62,483 nucleotides of DNA from the NCBI GenBank assembly GCA_013239625.1, contig MU054001.1:1739884-1802366 (forward strand), written 5' to 3'. The stretch is from Lama guanicoe (lineage: Eukaryota). Every line of letters begins with the position of its first letter. The stretch's first letter is position 1. Position numbers and translations under genes: made by a program. The notes below the pieces were generated by a model. It was not told where the DNA came from and ran no database searches. It was given only the letters and a program-made list of their open reading frames with translations. This document shows positions 1-12,205 of the stretch, piece by piece.

Positions 1-341
1 ACCAAAACCTCTGCCAACATTTAGCTAAGACATCTGTTGGCCTCACATTGCAGTAGTCTTATTCTAACAAGGTGCTTTGAAGAGAAGAATCTGAAGACTG
101 GGGTTTATTTCCACATTGTCATCAGCTTAGTATACTTGCTCTCCATGTGCCTTAGTCTCTTCACCTGCTAAAAACTCATTCTAATATTGTACTTAATTCA
201 CCAGTTCACGGCAAGAATTAAATGTCAGTGCTCTGCCTTAAAAAGTAGCCTTCCCACCACAGGCACATGATAAACTATCCAGTTTTGACACCTACTAAGA
301 TAAAAGTCAAACTTTTTAGCTTAACCCTCAAGCCACTCTAA

Positions 342-645
342 CTTCCAGTTGTAAGATAAACAAGTACTAGCGATATAATGTACAACATGGTAAACATAAT
401 TAACACTGCTGTATGTTATATATGAAAGTTGTTAAGAGAGTATATCTTATGAGTTCTGATCACAGAGAAAAATTTTCTTCTATTTCTTTAATTTTGTATT
501 TTTGTATGAGATGATGGACATTCACTAAACTTACTGTGGTAATCATTTCATGATGCGTGTCAGTCAAATCATTATGCTGTACACATTCAACTTCTATAGT
601 GCCATATGTCAATTATATCGCAATAAAACTAGAAGAAAAAAACCA
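342..645 (+). mobile_element. 5'-truncated L1 3' end (L1MA-like) with 15-bp TSD
   Basis: L1MA-type 3' UTR ending AATAAA plus A-tail; CTCAAGCCACTCTAA at both 327-341 and 646-660. Confidence 0.85.
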
Positions 646-1074
646 CTCAAGCCACTCTAAAAACTGGCTCTATGACTTGAGAACTCTAGAACAAACTCAA
701 CCCACTCAACCAAATTTCCTCTTGTTTTTCTATTTTGGTGTCTTCATACTTTGTCCTCTGCATAGAAGGCTATCTGTATCTCCAACTTCACCATCAAAAT
801 CCTACCCACTGTTCCAGACCTATTTCTACTTATTCCATGGAATCTTACCTAATTGGCTCATAAGTCCTACGTTTCTATTACCTTTTGCATTCATACATGC
901 CTCTCCCTGACTGTACTTACTGTAAGCTCTCAAAAGACAGTGACTGTGGATTTGGGGTTTTTTGGTTTGTTTCTTTTTAATATTTGTGTCCTACTTAGTA
1001 CCTAACAAAGCAGTTCATACAGTAAGCTCTCGATAAGTACTCAGTGACAAATTTGAAAGACTAGTGTGTGAGAT

Positions 1075-1330
1075 GCAGTACTGAGTCGTGGTAAAGCACA
1101 TTCTGCAGGCAGGCTGCGTAGGCAGACTACCTAAGTTTCAGCAAGAGCTCCACACTTACTAAACTGTACGACCTCAGCCAAATTCCTTAGCCTCTCAAGG
1201 GCTTATTTCCCCCACCCGTAATAACAGTATCAACCTCGTAAAGCTGTCATAGCGACTAGCTGAAGTAATACAAGTTTAAGTCTTAGAAGAGTCCCTGCCC
1301 AATAATAAATGCTCAGTAAATGGTGTACAT
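1075..1330 (+). mobile_element. MIR SINE relic
   Basis: Degenerate MIR core: ccacacttactaaactgtacgacctcagccaaattccttagcctctc...aataaatgctcagtaaatgg. Confidence 0.55.
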
Positions 1331-1372
1331 TATTATCACTGGTATTAGCCAAAAGTACTAATAAAAAGTACA

Positions 1373-1610
1373 CAGGGTGAAGGGGGAGGGATAAATTAGG
1401 AGTTTGGGATTAGCAGATACAAACTACTATATATAAAATTATAAACAAGGCCCTACTGTATAGCACAAGGAACTATATTCAGTATCTTGTAATAACCAAT
1501 AATGAAAAAGAACATAAAAAAGAATATACATACACACATAACTGAATCAGTATACTGTACACCAGAAGCTAACACACCATACATAAGTCAACCACACTTC
1601 AATTAAAAAA
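1373..1610 (+). mobile_element. Cetartiodactyl-type L1 3' end fragment
   Basis: gggataaattaggagtttgggatt...ctgtatagcacaaggaactatattc...cttcaattaaaaaa; homologous to 17810-18040, 18811-19056 and 49875-50107. Confidence 0.85.
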
Positions 1611-2858
1611 TTTTAAAGAAATTACCATAAAGTTTTTAAAAAATGATAGTGATACAAATATAAAATTTTTAAAGTTATCTTATAAGTTTCTTAATTAGAA
1701 TAAAGTAGTATATACACCCTAATAAACATCAATGCAAATACAATCTGAAATTATTTTCTACAACACTCCAAAGAAAGAAGTCTTTCTATAAATGATCGTA
1801 TCAGCCTCACCCAGACTCAAAAACAACTTCTATCCAAACTTTAGAATACTTAATTATAAATAGACAATTCCCAAAACTGCAAGCACACTAAACCAGCTGC
1901 TTCTATATCAGCGGCTCAACTACAAAAAAATGTACACTGTTTTCTTTTTTTGCTTTTCTTTTTTTTTGCATTCTTTTTTATTAAAGTATTGTCAGTTACA
2001 TTGTTTTATTTTTTAAAGCTGTTCACTTAGTGTAAACATCCTTTACAATTTGGAAAAGTTTTATATTAAAAGAGAAGAAAACATTATTCATTCAACTATA
2101 GTAATTCCCTTTCCCCTACTTTTCTTGTCAACATTTTTCTAGTTCTACTTTGAGAACAAATTTCCATTTCTACTTTATGTAAAAACTTTTATGATAAAGG
2201 TAGAGAATCTGCATCCCATAATCGCCCATATCTACTAGGAGAGATGGAAAACATTGAGCCAGAGTAAGTTTACAGACTTTGCAGACAAGATCAGAAGCAC
2301 AATTTCATAACCATTACAGTTCCACTATTCTCCCCTCAATCCAGTTTCTCTACTTTGAATTGGTTGTAAACATCAAAATAGACAGAACAGCCTTTTCAGG
2401 GGGATTTGTTACTACTCAGCTAGACTTAAGAGTCAAATAAAGAAATAGTCTATATGTACTATGACACGCAGAAAATAACAGAAATAGTCAATATAGTCAA
2501 TAATAGAAAATTAAGTAGTCAAATTCTATACCCAAGGTGGCTAATTGGTGAGAATATCTAAGGAAGGTCTGACTTTTGCATTTTTGGTTGCTTAAATGAA
2601 AAAAGAAAATTTATTACAAACAAAGTTTTCACACATTATGCAACATGAAAGAAGCCAAATTCTTCAGAGCTAACATACAATGAAAAGCAAGAAATTATTA
2701 TTCAAAGAAACCTATTGGACAAAAAGATTATTTATGAAATCACATTTGTTTCTTACGACAAGCAAAACAAACTGAGGGGAGGGACACAAGCTACAGGATC
2801 AAAACTGTAGCACAGACAGACAAATGTGTGTTCCTGCTTAACACATATAAAAACATAC

Positions 2859-3059
2859 CGCTGTTTTCTTCCTCTTTGTTGCCGGGGCTGTTCCTCTTGA
2901 GGATACTTAAAAATGTCCTGAAAAATGGGTTCATATTTCTTAAAAATTACAGCAGAAACAGTGAAGTTTCTCTCTAATCTCTCAGTACGTTCTCTGAAAT
3001 GTGGGGGTAGATTTGCCATGTCTTCCCACTTCTTCATCTTGTTAAAAAATTCAATCAAG
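2859..3059 (-). CDS. RBL2: RBL2 coding exon 3 (gene continues beyond window start)
   Basis: atatcag|CTTGATT...AAACAGCG|gtatgt; 201 nt; LIEFFNKMKKWEDMANLPPHFRERTERLERNFTVSAVIFKKYEPIFQDIFKYPQEEQPRQQRGRKQR. Confidence 0.97.
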
Positions 3060-3289
3060 CTGATATTAAAAATAAAAAATTAGATTTTTTTTGTAATTAA
3101 TGCAGAGGTTAAATATACAAATATAGATAATTAAGAGTAAATCAAAATCAACTCTTTAAATTATATTACTTTTAGACAATGATATAAAATCATAACTCAT
3201 GCCTCTGACTAGCTTACTCTCACAGACTGGCTTATTTCTCTGATCTTCCAAACCTAATTTCCTAGTCTCTTTTTCTGAGATTACAGGAA

Positions 3290-4300
3290 GGTTTTTTAAA
3301 ATTATAAAATATATAATAATACAAAAAAATAATTAACCAGAAAACATAACCAACATTCATGTACCAATTGTCAGATTTAACAAATACTAACCTATCAAAT
3401 AAATGTTGCCTTGTTGGCTTCAGATTCTACAGAAATAGTCGAACTTCCCATTTGTACTCTCCCCCAATTCCATTTCCGACTCTTATTCCCCAAAGATAAC
3501 CAACCTTCTAAAGTCAATCTGAATCCTTCCCATTCATGTTTTTATACTTACTATATGGTTATATATGTACCCATAAAGAGTTATTAGTATCTTTTATATG
3601 TGTTTTTAAAATTTTATATAAATGATATCATATTATAACTGGCATTCTACAACTTGCTTTCTCATTCAATAATGTTTATGAGATTAATGTTCATATATGT
3701 AGATCTAATTCATTCATTTTAATTACTAAAAACATTCCTTCATATGAACTAACTTTTGTGCATTAATTCCCCAACCAATGGAAATTAAGGTGTCTAATTT
3801 TTCATTATAACAAAAAAATGCTGTAATGAACACATTCTTGTACATGTATATTACTGTTTCTTTGGGAACTATCACCAATAAGTAGAATTCCTGAGTCAGA
3901 GAATATGCATCTTCAACTTTACTAGATACTGCCAAATTTTCCACTTAAGTAACTATGCCAATTTACGCCCTCTCCAATGTATACCAGCAATACAGTGTTC
4001 CCATTTCCCTACATAATGACCAAACTGGGTACTCTCAGACTTCACGTTTCCCCAGTCTGATAATGAAATATTATCTTAATTTTACTTTGAATTTCCTTGA
4101 TTACTAATGAGATTGAACATCTTTGCCTGCATCTATTAGCTATGTGAGTTTAGGCCTTCGTGAAATCATACTTTTTAGTAGCTGTCTGTCAATTACTTAA
4201 CTACTGGTTAGTAGTTCTTTTTATAATTCTGGATATTGATCTTTTGTTACATTATAAATATCTTCTCCCAATCTGCTCTTTGTTTTTAATCCATTTAGTC
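3290..4300 (-). mobile_element. Ancient L1 (L1ME-like) 3' region
   Basis: Degenerate antisense L1 motifs such as gtagaattcctgagtc and tttccttgattactaatgagattgaacatc. Confidence 0.6.
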
Positions 4301-5328
4301 CATTATGGCAGGAAAGTAAATAATCTGAATCCATAGGTAAAGATTTTTTTAAAAAATTGAGTTTTTGAAATGGAAATAAAACTGAAGACTGGGATATTAC
4401 TTGCATTAAAATATTAGATAAGTTTAGTTTACTACAGTTTATAACAATGATTCCATAATTCGACCTTTGCTTCTAAAGTTCCTTGTCTGTCACTTAACTG
4501 GATTACTCTAACTCCATTTTTCATAATTATACTTTTACACCTTATTTAATTCCACCTCTGCAGGTTTACAGCCCAGGTGTTCAACTCTTTATGCACTGCC
4601 TCTTGTTCTTAGGCCTAAATATAACTCAAGATTGAGTTCAAGGTTAATAAACAGACTACAGCTAAAAGATTACATTTCTTGTTAACTATTTAAATAGTAA
4701 GTCATTTTTTTAAAAAGGTCCATAAATTTTGACAGTGGTATTTCCCCTGAAATGCCAAATATCCTTTTTCCACCAATCTTTAATAAGCCATGAGAAAATT
4801 AACCCTAAAGATACAAATAATAAATGTAATAATTCATTTACACAACAGATTGAAAAAGCAACTTCTGTGTCCTCTTTAAAATATTATTTGACCCTGTCTA
4901 TAATTGATTATAATAGTGTTGCTTATCTCCCAAACAGGAAACTGAGTATTTATATGTTCTTTATGTAAGATACAAGTCCCATGCATGTAGTTCTAAGTTT
5001 AATATCATATTTTATTTACCTTTTCAATCTAGAGTATCCTATTTAGAATTCTCCCTATATTACACAATGACAAGTCATAATCTTTAATAGTAAACTCTTA
5101 ATACAAGTGCTTAATACATTAAAAGCTAAATATTTTTCATCAAAGAAATAAAATATAATGGATACTAACTTAGATGTGGTAAAGGAAAACCATGACCTAG
5201 ATCTAAATTTAGCACTCCATAGGTACAAATGCTCAGAAAATGACCAACAAAGAGGTTTCTTACTGTCACTGTGATTTATGAGCTTTCATATTAGTCACAC
5301 TCTATTTCACAAACTCCAACATAGTTAC

Positions 5329-5459
5329 CTCTGCTCTGAACATCTCAGGATTCTAGTTAAAGATACATAGTTTCCTTCAACTGTTCCTTTGCTTACAGTT
5401 GGCACAGATTTTCTGCAAGCCACATATAAGGCACATGCTAACCAATGAAGATCATTTCC
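5329..5459 (-). CDS. RBL2: RBL2 coding exon 2
   Basis: tttacag|GGAAATGAT...GAGCAGAG|gtaact; 131 nt; GNDLHWLACALYVACRKSVPTVSKGTVEGNYVSLTRILRCSEQS; in frame with exons 1 and 3. Confidence 0.97.
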
Positions 5460-6385
5460 CTGTAAAATAAAAGAAAATGGATTTTTAGCTAGTGAGCTAT
5501 AGATATTTCAATATTAAAAATTCCTGTTTAAATTGAAAGTGTTATTTAAATGCTTGTGGGAAACTGTATTTTCAGCGATGGCTCTGTCCCATGTGCTCTT
5601 CTTACAATGTGACGATGGCATTCTTCCACTGAGAGGTAGGAGTTTGTGTTCTCTCACTTTGAACTGTCTCAACCAGCAGCACAGGTGAAAGTGATGTTAT
5701 GTAACTTTCAAGATCATAAAAGGCAATACAGATTTAATGTCTCTCTTAGGACACAGACCTTGGAAGTCCCAGCAAGGGAGTAGATCACTTGGGTAAATTA
5801 CTCAACAGTTGCAGAGGCTCAATTTTCTTATCTGAGGGCTGTGAGAGTTGAGTCACAAGTATAAAGCACAGAAAATACAAGAAATCAAAAGATAAAATTC
5901 TCTAACCAGTATTCTCTATTAAATATCATAGGAGCTTTATTTTCTATTGTACATGCCCATGAGGCTGACACCCCATATTATCTCACAGCATACCTAACCA
6001 CTAGTTCCACAAGGGTGGAGACTTAAATGCTTTGTGCACTGCTCCATCCCAGCACCTACACCACAGTGTCTGACAAAGAACAGGCGATCAGAAGATATTT
6101 GGTAAATGAATAAATGCTCATTCATTTACTGGGTAAAGAATCTGAGATCAAAGACTTTAACAAGTTAAGTAATCAAACACGTATTTTCAAAAATAATTTA
6201 CTAACCATTTGTTACATCACTTGCTTATACAATACTGGGCTTCATACCACTTAACCTCTGTGAGTTGAAATACCTCAGCTGTGTGGTGATAATGCTTGTT
6301 CTAATTTCAGGGTTATCCTGAGGGTAAAATAAGACCTTATTTGGAGGCAGTTATGCCCATCACCAAAAAAGAGTCCTTCTCAGCT

Positions 6386-6512
6386 GGGGCAGGTATAACT
6401 CAGTGGTAGAGCATGTGCTTAGCATGCACAAGGTCCTGGGTTCAATCCTTGGTACCTCCACTGAAAAATAAATAAATAAAACATAATTACCGCCCCCCTC
6501 CCCCCTCAAAAA
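6386..6512 (+). mobile_element. tRNA-Ala-derived SINE (vic-1-like)
   Basis: A box tataactcagtggtagagc, B box gggttcaatcc, tRNA-Ala(AGC)-like head, (TAAA)n, C-rich segment and A tail. Confidence 0.85.
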
Positions 6513-7881
6513 AGTCCTCTTCGTCTGACCACAGGAACCACTGGGAAATAAACAGGAACATGGCCTATTCAGTCAGATCACCTAAGTATGTGAAAGAGCT
6601 TTGTAAACTCCAAAGCACTGTCTATACGAGTGATCTATGTGCCAGAAACCACACATCACCTTATTTAACCATTCCGAACAGCTCTGTAAGATAGGTAAAA
6701 ATATCTCAAATTTACATATCACCAAATTGAGTTTGGAGTGGTTACGTAAATTGCTCGAAGTCATCAAGATCGGTCAGGTTCTAAAGCCACTATAATACTA
6801 GTATTTTCCCCCTATAGAGGTAACAATGGGGAGAAAGAAAAGGGATTAAAATTCTATTAATACCAGAATAAAAAAAATTATCTTAATGAGTGACATATAG
6901 GCAAAAACATCCTACTGTAGTTAAATAACACTTCTGTTAGGCCTTAAAACATCCCGAGCCTATTCGCTCCACTCTCCACAAACTCTAAAAACAACTTAAG
7001 AAAATCATACGGCCTCCTGTTTAAATACCACACGCACAGCAGTCAAACAGCGGATAAACAATCCAGACTTCCGTGTCACTTCCCATTGGCCCATAAGGGG
7101 GAGGTGCCTACAGAGTTGAGCCTCACTGGCTAGAATGGCCATTTTTCTCATCTGGAAGCCCCGTCCGAAGAAAGGGACAAAAACATGCCTAGATCACAGC
7201 GACTGTAAGAGTCCTGCGCATCGTCTGGGGTGACCAATAGGTCCTCAAAGGTTGTCGCAGTCCTGACTCCCTAGTAAGAAATGCATGTCTATATCCAGGT
7301 AGGCAGAAAGCCCGTTTCATTTGCTCTGGGGGAAGATTCGTCTTTGTTTACACAAACACACACACAGCCCGAAACCTAACAACGCATTTACTCAAATGGA
7401 TGCAATGCCTGGACAAAGGCAATTTGGAACTGAAGGAGAAGCCTGGAAACGGAGGCGCTAAAGTCGTGTTAATTTCCGTGCGAACACAGGCAAGTCCTCT
7501 CACTCGCTGGGTACGGTCTTGACAACTGCACCTGTTCATTCTGCCAACAAGGCGGTTGTATTTTTGTAATCAGACCCCAGCCCAACCTCAGCCTCGCGGT
7601 GCTACTTTAGGGCAAGAGCTAGTCCCTCTTCGGAACCCAAGAGGGAAGAGCAGAGAGATCGAGTTCACTTTCAGGGTCGCTGGCTTTTCAAAAGCCAGGT
7701 TTCTGGGACGAAGCTGCGCCTAGAGCATTCCCTCTGCACTCCAGGCTGGAGACCCAGAGAGCCAGGGCCGCCCGAGGGGTGCCCGCGGGACGCCGGGCGG
7801 GGGTTAGAAGAGGCCCCACTCCCCGCGGCAGGACGCGACCACTAGGCCCCAACAGCCGCTCGTCTCCTCCCCCGGGCGCAC

Positions 7882-8124
7882 CTCCAGCGTGTAGCTCTCG
7901 CTCATGCTCCGGTAGCTGTCCCAGGCCTCGGCCCGCGCCGCCTCGTCCATGTTCAGGCGGCTGCACAGCTCGTCGAACCGCTGCTGGGTTTGCGGGGCCG
8001 GCGACCGGGCCGGCTGCGCGGCATCCTCCGCCTCGCCGTCGTCTTCCTCCTCCTCGTCCGAGGCCGCCGCCGCCGCCGGAGGGGGAGGCGGGGGCGGCGG
8101 CGACTGGTCGCCTCCCGACGGCAT
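7882..8124 (-). CDS. RBL2: RBL2 (p130) coding exon 1
   Basis: Translates MPSGGDQSPPPPPPPPAAAAASDEEEEDDGEAED...FDELCSRLNMDEAARAEAWDSYRSMSESYTLE, the p130 N-terminus. ATG at 8124, donor GAG|gtgcgc, 243 nt, phase 0. Confidence 0.97.
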
Positions 8125-8180
8125 AGCACGCACCTGGCCGGCGGGTCCTCAGGTGAGGTGAGGGCCCGGGCCCGCAGCCA

Positions 8181-8194
8181 TTCAAACCGCGAAG
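8181..8194 (-). promoter_or_regulatory. CHR element (TTTGAA) with adjacent E2F/CDE-like CTTCGCGG
   Basis: Minus strand reads CTTCGCGGTTTGAA, ending 57 nt upstream of the RBL2 ATG. TTTGAA is the canonical MuvB/LIN54 CHR motif. Confidence 0.55.
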
Positions 8195-8268
8195 CGCCCG
8201 CCGGTCGGCCGCCCGCACGGCGACTGCGCCGTCGCCAACGGCGCTGGCCCTCCCGTCGGCACCCGTAG

Positions 8269-8300
8269 TTCCCAGCACGGCCTGCTGGGAAATGTAGTCC
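8269..8300 (-). promoter_or_regulatory. ZNF143/THAP11-type ACTACAnnTCCCA (SBS) promoter element
   Basis: Minus strand reads GGACTACATTTCCCAGCAGGCCGTGC, matching ACTACAnnTCCCA, about 160 bp upstream of the RBL2 ATG. Confidence 0.7.
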
Positions 8301-8945
8301 AGACCGGAGGCCCACGGGGGTCAAACAGTATATTAAAAAATCAGCTTTTTTTGTAGTCTTCCTCGGGCTGAAATAAAGGCGACTTCTCTACGTTTCTAAT
8401 ACCTCCTCATCGGGACACCATTAGGCAGGGCTGTGCTGAAGAGAGAACAAACCGGAGACATTGACTTCTGAAGGTTTAGTGTACAAGGTGTCCCCCAAAA
8501 TAATACTCATCACTTGCGTGTTCTTATCTAAAAAATGAAGATACTAATAAGGGCGTGAATTTGCCTAAATTTCGGCGCCGCTCCTCATTTCTAGTTCTTC
8601 CTTATGCTTTAATTTTATATGACACCTTCAAATAATTATTAGATTTTTTTTAAGTAGGAATTTTACCCCATAGGGCGAATGAAGTTCACTATAAGTGACA
8701 TATTTGTACTATTCTCAGTCCTGCAATTGGCTTAACTTTATTCCTTTATTTTTATTTTGCTTTCTCTTTTCATGTCTATATGAATCACTTTCTTTCCAAT
8801 CCTCTTTGATTTATAAGTGGTTATGGTATAAAACATTTTCATGTGCGAGGTGCCATAAGGCATTGCTCTTTTTTTTTTTTTTTTTTTTTAATTAGAATCC
8901 AGCCACTCTACTGTGAGGAAGCTCAGGTGTCTTAGAAATGCCTAT

Positions 8946-9560
8946 TGTCAAAGATAAACAAAGCCGGGTGTCAGTTAAAGGGATGAAAACAGATTTTATT
9001 GTCACTACCGACAGTAGGGGAAAGAGCTGAGCTCTGTTCTGATTTTTGCAGAGGTAATTGGAAATTTAAAGGGAGAATGAAAGAGTAGGGATGGGAGAGA
9101 GCAGAGCTCCAGCAAAGAATTAGGAGAGGTTGATGAGTGTAAATGTGATTAGGCCAGCTGTGCCTGCTGGCTGGCAATTTGTTGAAGTTAGGATTCTATT
9201 CTCCCGCAGAGACTGGGAAACAGAGACCCATTCCTTCCTGATGATTAAAGTGCAAAGGAAGGGCTTTCAGGTCATTGGTAATGATACTCCAGATTTGTAG
9301 GAGATACAGTCGGCCCTCAGTATAAGCAAGTTGCCCTCACTATACGCAGATTGCGTATCCGCAGATTCAACCAACTGTGAATCCAAAAAAAAAAAAAAAA
9401 AATCCAAAAAGTTGGCTAGAACAAACTGTAAATTCTGGCAGCATTGAGCTTTCTCGGGCAGGCATTTTAATGGGGGGCTGGAGTCATCACAGGGCAAAGG
9501 CTTATGCTACTAGAAGCCATGCTAGAGTTTGAGCATCTCTTAGGACAGGGCTTTGGATGA
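8946..9560 (-). mobile_element. ERV-type solo LTR interrupted by a TcMar-Tigger fragment at about 9306-9410
   Basis: TGTCA end with minus-strand AATAAA at 8995-9000; internal ta|cagtcggccctc...gcagattcaaccaac resembles a Tigger/MER2-group end. Confidence 0.55.
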
Positions 9561-9569
9561 GAGTTCTCC

Positions 9570-9813
9570 CATTCTCACTATGCACGTAGGACATGCGGCC
9601 TCTCGCCCGCAGCCCCAGACATGTTGAATGAGCCAATTTAGAAGCAGATTCTCCAGCCTCCAGTCAAGCTGTCCCAACTAACGCTGTGTGGAGCAGAGAT
9701 GAATCTTCCATTGGTCCTTGCCCATCTGCAGATCTGTGAGCAGAAATGATTATTACTGTTTCAAGTCATGAAGTTGTAGGATGGCTTGTTATGCAGCAAT
9801 ACATAATCAAACA
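9570..9813 (+). mobile_element. MaLR (MLT1) LTR 3' fragment
   Basis: Typical MLT1 end: tgtttcaagtcatgaagttgtaggatggcttgttatgcagcaatacataatcaaaca. Confidence 0.65.
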
Positions 9814-10498
9814 CATATTAAGTATAAAACATGTACCTATCAATTATCATGAAAGAAAAAAATTACTTAATAATTGAATTTTTTCTTGGTAATTTTTTAT
9901 GCCTCCACTAGTCAGTCTCAGCAGTAGATTAATTTTTTTAACCTTGAAAAGCTAAAATTACATAATAGTTAACGTTAGCATTCCTTCAAAAAAGAACCAC
10001 TTTTGATAAAGGAGATGAACTGACTTGGACATAGCTTTTGAGCAAATTATTAAGAATAGGCTTGAAATTAGATTTCTAGACTATGCTTACCAAACATTTA
10101 TTTTCCTATCTCCTTCTCCTCCTAGAATGTAAGACTATAAATAGCAGTCATCTAAAAGTAAATTTTACCTTTACATTATTTCTATGACCCTAAAATATAT
10201 GACTTTACTGTGAAACTTCACATAAACATTTCATATGATAAAACACAGTGGTCTTCAAACTTTTTGGTCATGTCCACCAAGAATAATAAGCTTCTAGCAT
10301 ATTTTAAAGTTGGCAACTAAAAGTTTTCATTAAAAGTTTGATCAGGAGCAAAGGATGCAAAGGAGCAAAATATCCATCATGTAACTATAAACTTCAAAAA
10401 ATAAAACTGTTACTCAACTTGAAATACAGCCAACGGACCCTAAATAGCATAGCAAATACTCACTATCATCCATTTAAAAAATACATGAATGGAGAGTC

Positions 10499-10584
10499 AG
10501 GGGTATAGCACATGCTTGGTGTGCACAAGGTCCTGGGTTCAATCCCCAGTGCCTCTGTTAAGGGAATAAATAAATAAATAAATA
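10499..10584 (+). mobile_element. tRNA-Ala-derived SINE, internally deleted
   Basis: ggggtatagc-acatgctt...ggtcctgggttcaatccccagtgcctc plus (TAAA)n; the D-arm/A-box segment is missing. Confidence 0.8.
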
Positions 10585-10844
10585 CCAAACAAAGAATTTG
10601 AACGGACATTTCTCCAAAGAAGTAATACAAATGCCCAATAACAAGCACATGAAAAGATACTCAACATTAAAAATTAAAATTCTCTTTAACAATCAGAAAT
10701 TTTACATCATTCCTTTTTCTGCTATCCCAACAAAATTTTATCCTAATATATTTTGTGCTTGGAAGTCCCTTATTAATCTCTTTAATAGTTTTTCCTTTCA
10801 GCAAAAATCAACATACAAATGAATTTTTTCAAGTATTCCTCTAT

Positions 10845-11390
10845 TTATTCTTTTAGGTCAGATTCATGGAGGTATAATTTGCATGCAGTAAAATTCACTC
10901 TTTTAAATGTACAGTTCTATGATTTTTGACAAATACATACAGTCATGTCCACCACAACCAAGATACAGAACATTTCCATCACCCTAAATGTTTCCTATGT
11001 CCCTTTGTGGTAAACTCCTCCTCATATAGCCTCTGGCAACCACTGATCAGTTTTCTGTCTCCGTAACTTTGCCTGTTTCCAAAACGTCATATAAATATAT
11101 GCATACAATACATAGCCTTTGAGTCTGACTTCTTTCAACTTAGCATAATACTCTACAGATTCATCCAAGTTGTTGTATGTGTCAGTAGTGCAGTCTTTTT
11201 TATTAGTAAGTAGTACTCCATTGTGCAAATGTTTATTCATTGTGCCAATGTTTATTTATCCGTTCACCAGTTAAAGACATCTTGGTTGTTTCCAGTTTTT
11301 GGTGATTATGAGAAGAGCTACCATAACATTTACCTATATGTTTCTGTATGACACATGTTACTGTTACTCTTGGGTAAACATCTAGCAGTG
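10845..11390 (-). mobile_element. Ancient L1 3' fragment (L1MB/MC-like)
   Basis: aaaattcactcttttaaatgtacagttctatgatttttgacaaatac...ggttgtttccagtttttgg antisense L1 motifs. Confidence 0.75.
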
Positions 11391-11632
11391 AGTTATGGAC
11401 TGAATGTTTGTGTCACCCCCACCCACACCCCCCACCCTCACCCAGCAAGTTCATATATTGAGGTCCTAACCCCCAATGATTGTATTTGGAGATAGGACTT
11501 TTATTAGGTAATTATGATTAAATGAGATCATAAGTGTCGGACCTTAATCCAATAGGAATGGTGGCCTTATTAAGAAGGCCACACTTGTGCACCAAGGAAG
11601 GGCCATGTGGGCACACAGTGAGAAGGTGCCCA
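11391..11632 (+). mobile_element. MaLR MLT1A-like LTR 5' part
   Basis: gttatggactgaatgtttgtgtc...gtatttggagataggac...ccttaatccaatagga; followed by an L1 3' fragment at about 11650-11755. Confidence 0.75.
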
Positions 11633-11899
11633 GGTACCTGTAAAATTTTCTGATACTAACTACTATCTATAAAATAGATAAACAACAAGGTCCTGCTGTA
11701 TAGCACAGGGAACTATATTTGATATCTTGTAATAGCCTGTAATGAAAAAGAATATGTCATTTAAAAATTCCCTTTACTACAATTTAGTGGAATTTGTGAG
11801 AATGTAAACGTATGCATGTTTGTTCAGTACACCAATAATCTAGAAAATGGGGTGATCAGAGTGTACTCTTTGTCAGGAAAGCATCATGAAAATGGGGAT

Positions 11900-12205
11900 A
11901 CAGAACTAACAGGATTTGGAGGGGTGAAAGAGGAGGGTCCAGAATGACAAAGGTGTTAGGTCTGAGCAACTAAAAGTATGGAGGGAAATAATGAGAGTCT
12001 GGCTTTGGACATGCTAAATTTGAGGTGTCTTTTGGACATCCAAGTGGAGAAGTCATGTAGCCAATTAGAAACACTAATTTAGAGTTTAGGTGGAGGTCAG
12101 GGATGAGACATAAATTTCAGAGTCTCATCATATAGATGGATCTAACATCAAAAACTGAATGAAGCCTTGGAAGTGAATGCACAGAAGAGGAAAAGAGGTC
12201 CCAGA
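11900..12205 (-). mobile_element. L2 LINE relic
   Basis: tttggacatgctaaatttgaggtgtctttggacatccaagtggaga L2 motif. Confidence 0.65.

Larger units (their letters stand above)
7680..8330. promoter_or_regulatory. RBL2: CpG island / TATA-less promoter of RBL2
   Basis: Very GC- and CpG-rich block spanning exon 1 in an otherwise AT-rich, CpG-poor window; edges approximate. Confidence 0.9.

Noticed and set aside
6386..6460. tRNA-like sequences (also 10499, 35677-35750, 43540-43600) as true tRNA genes
   Set aside because: Broken stems, a shared SINE tail, a TSD in one case and no immediate Pol III terminator.
7688..8324. Several overlapping GC-rich ORFs on both strands around RBL2 exon 1
   Set aside because: Stop codons are scarce in a CpG island; the products are Arg/Pro/Gly low complexity, and only the frame containing RBL2 exon 1 is recognisable.
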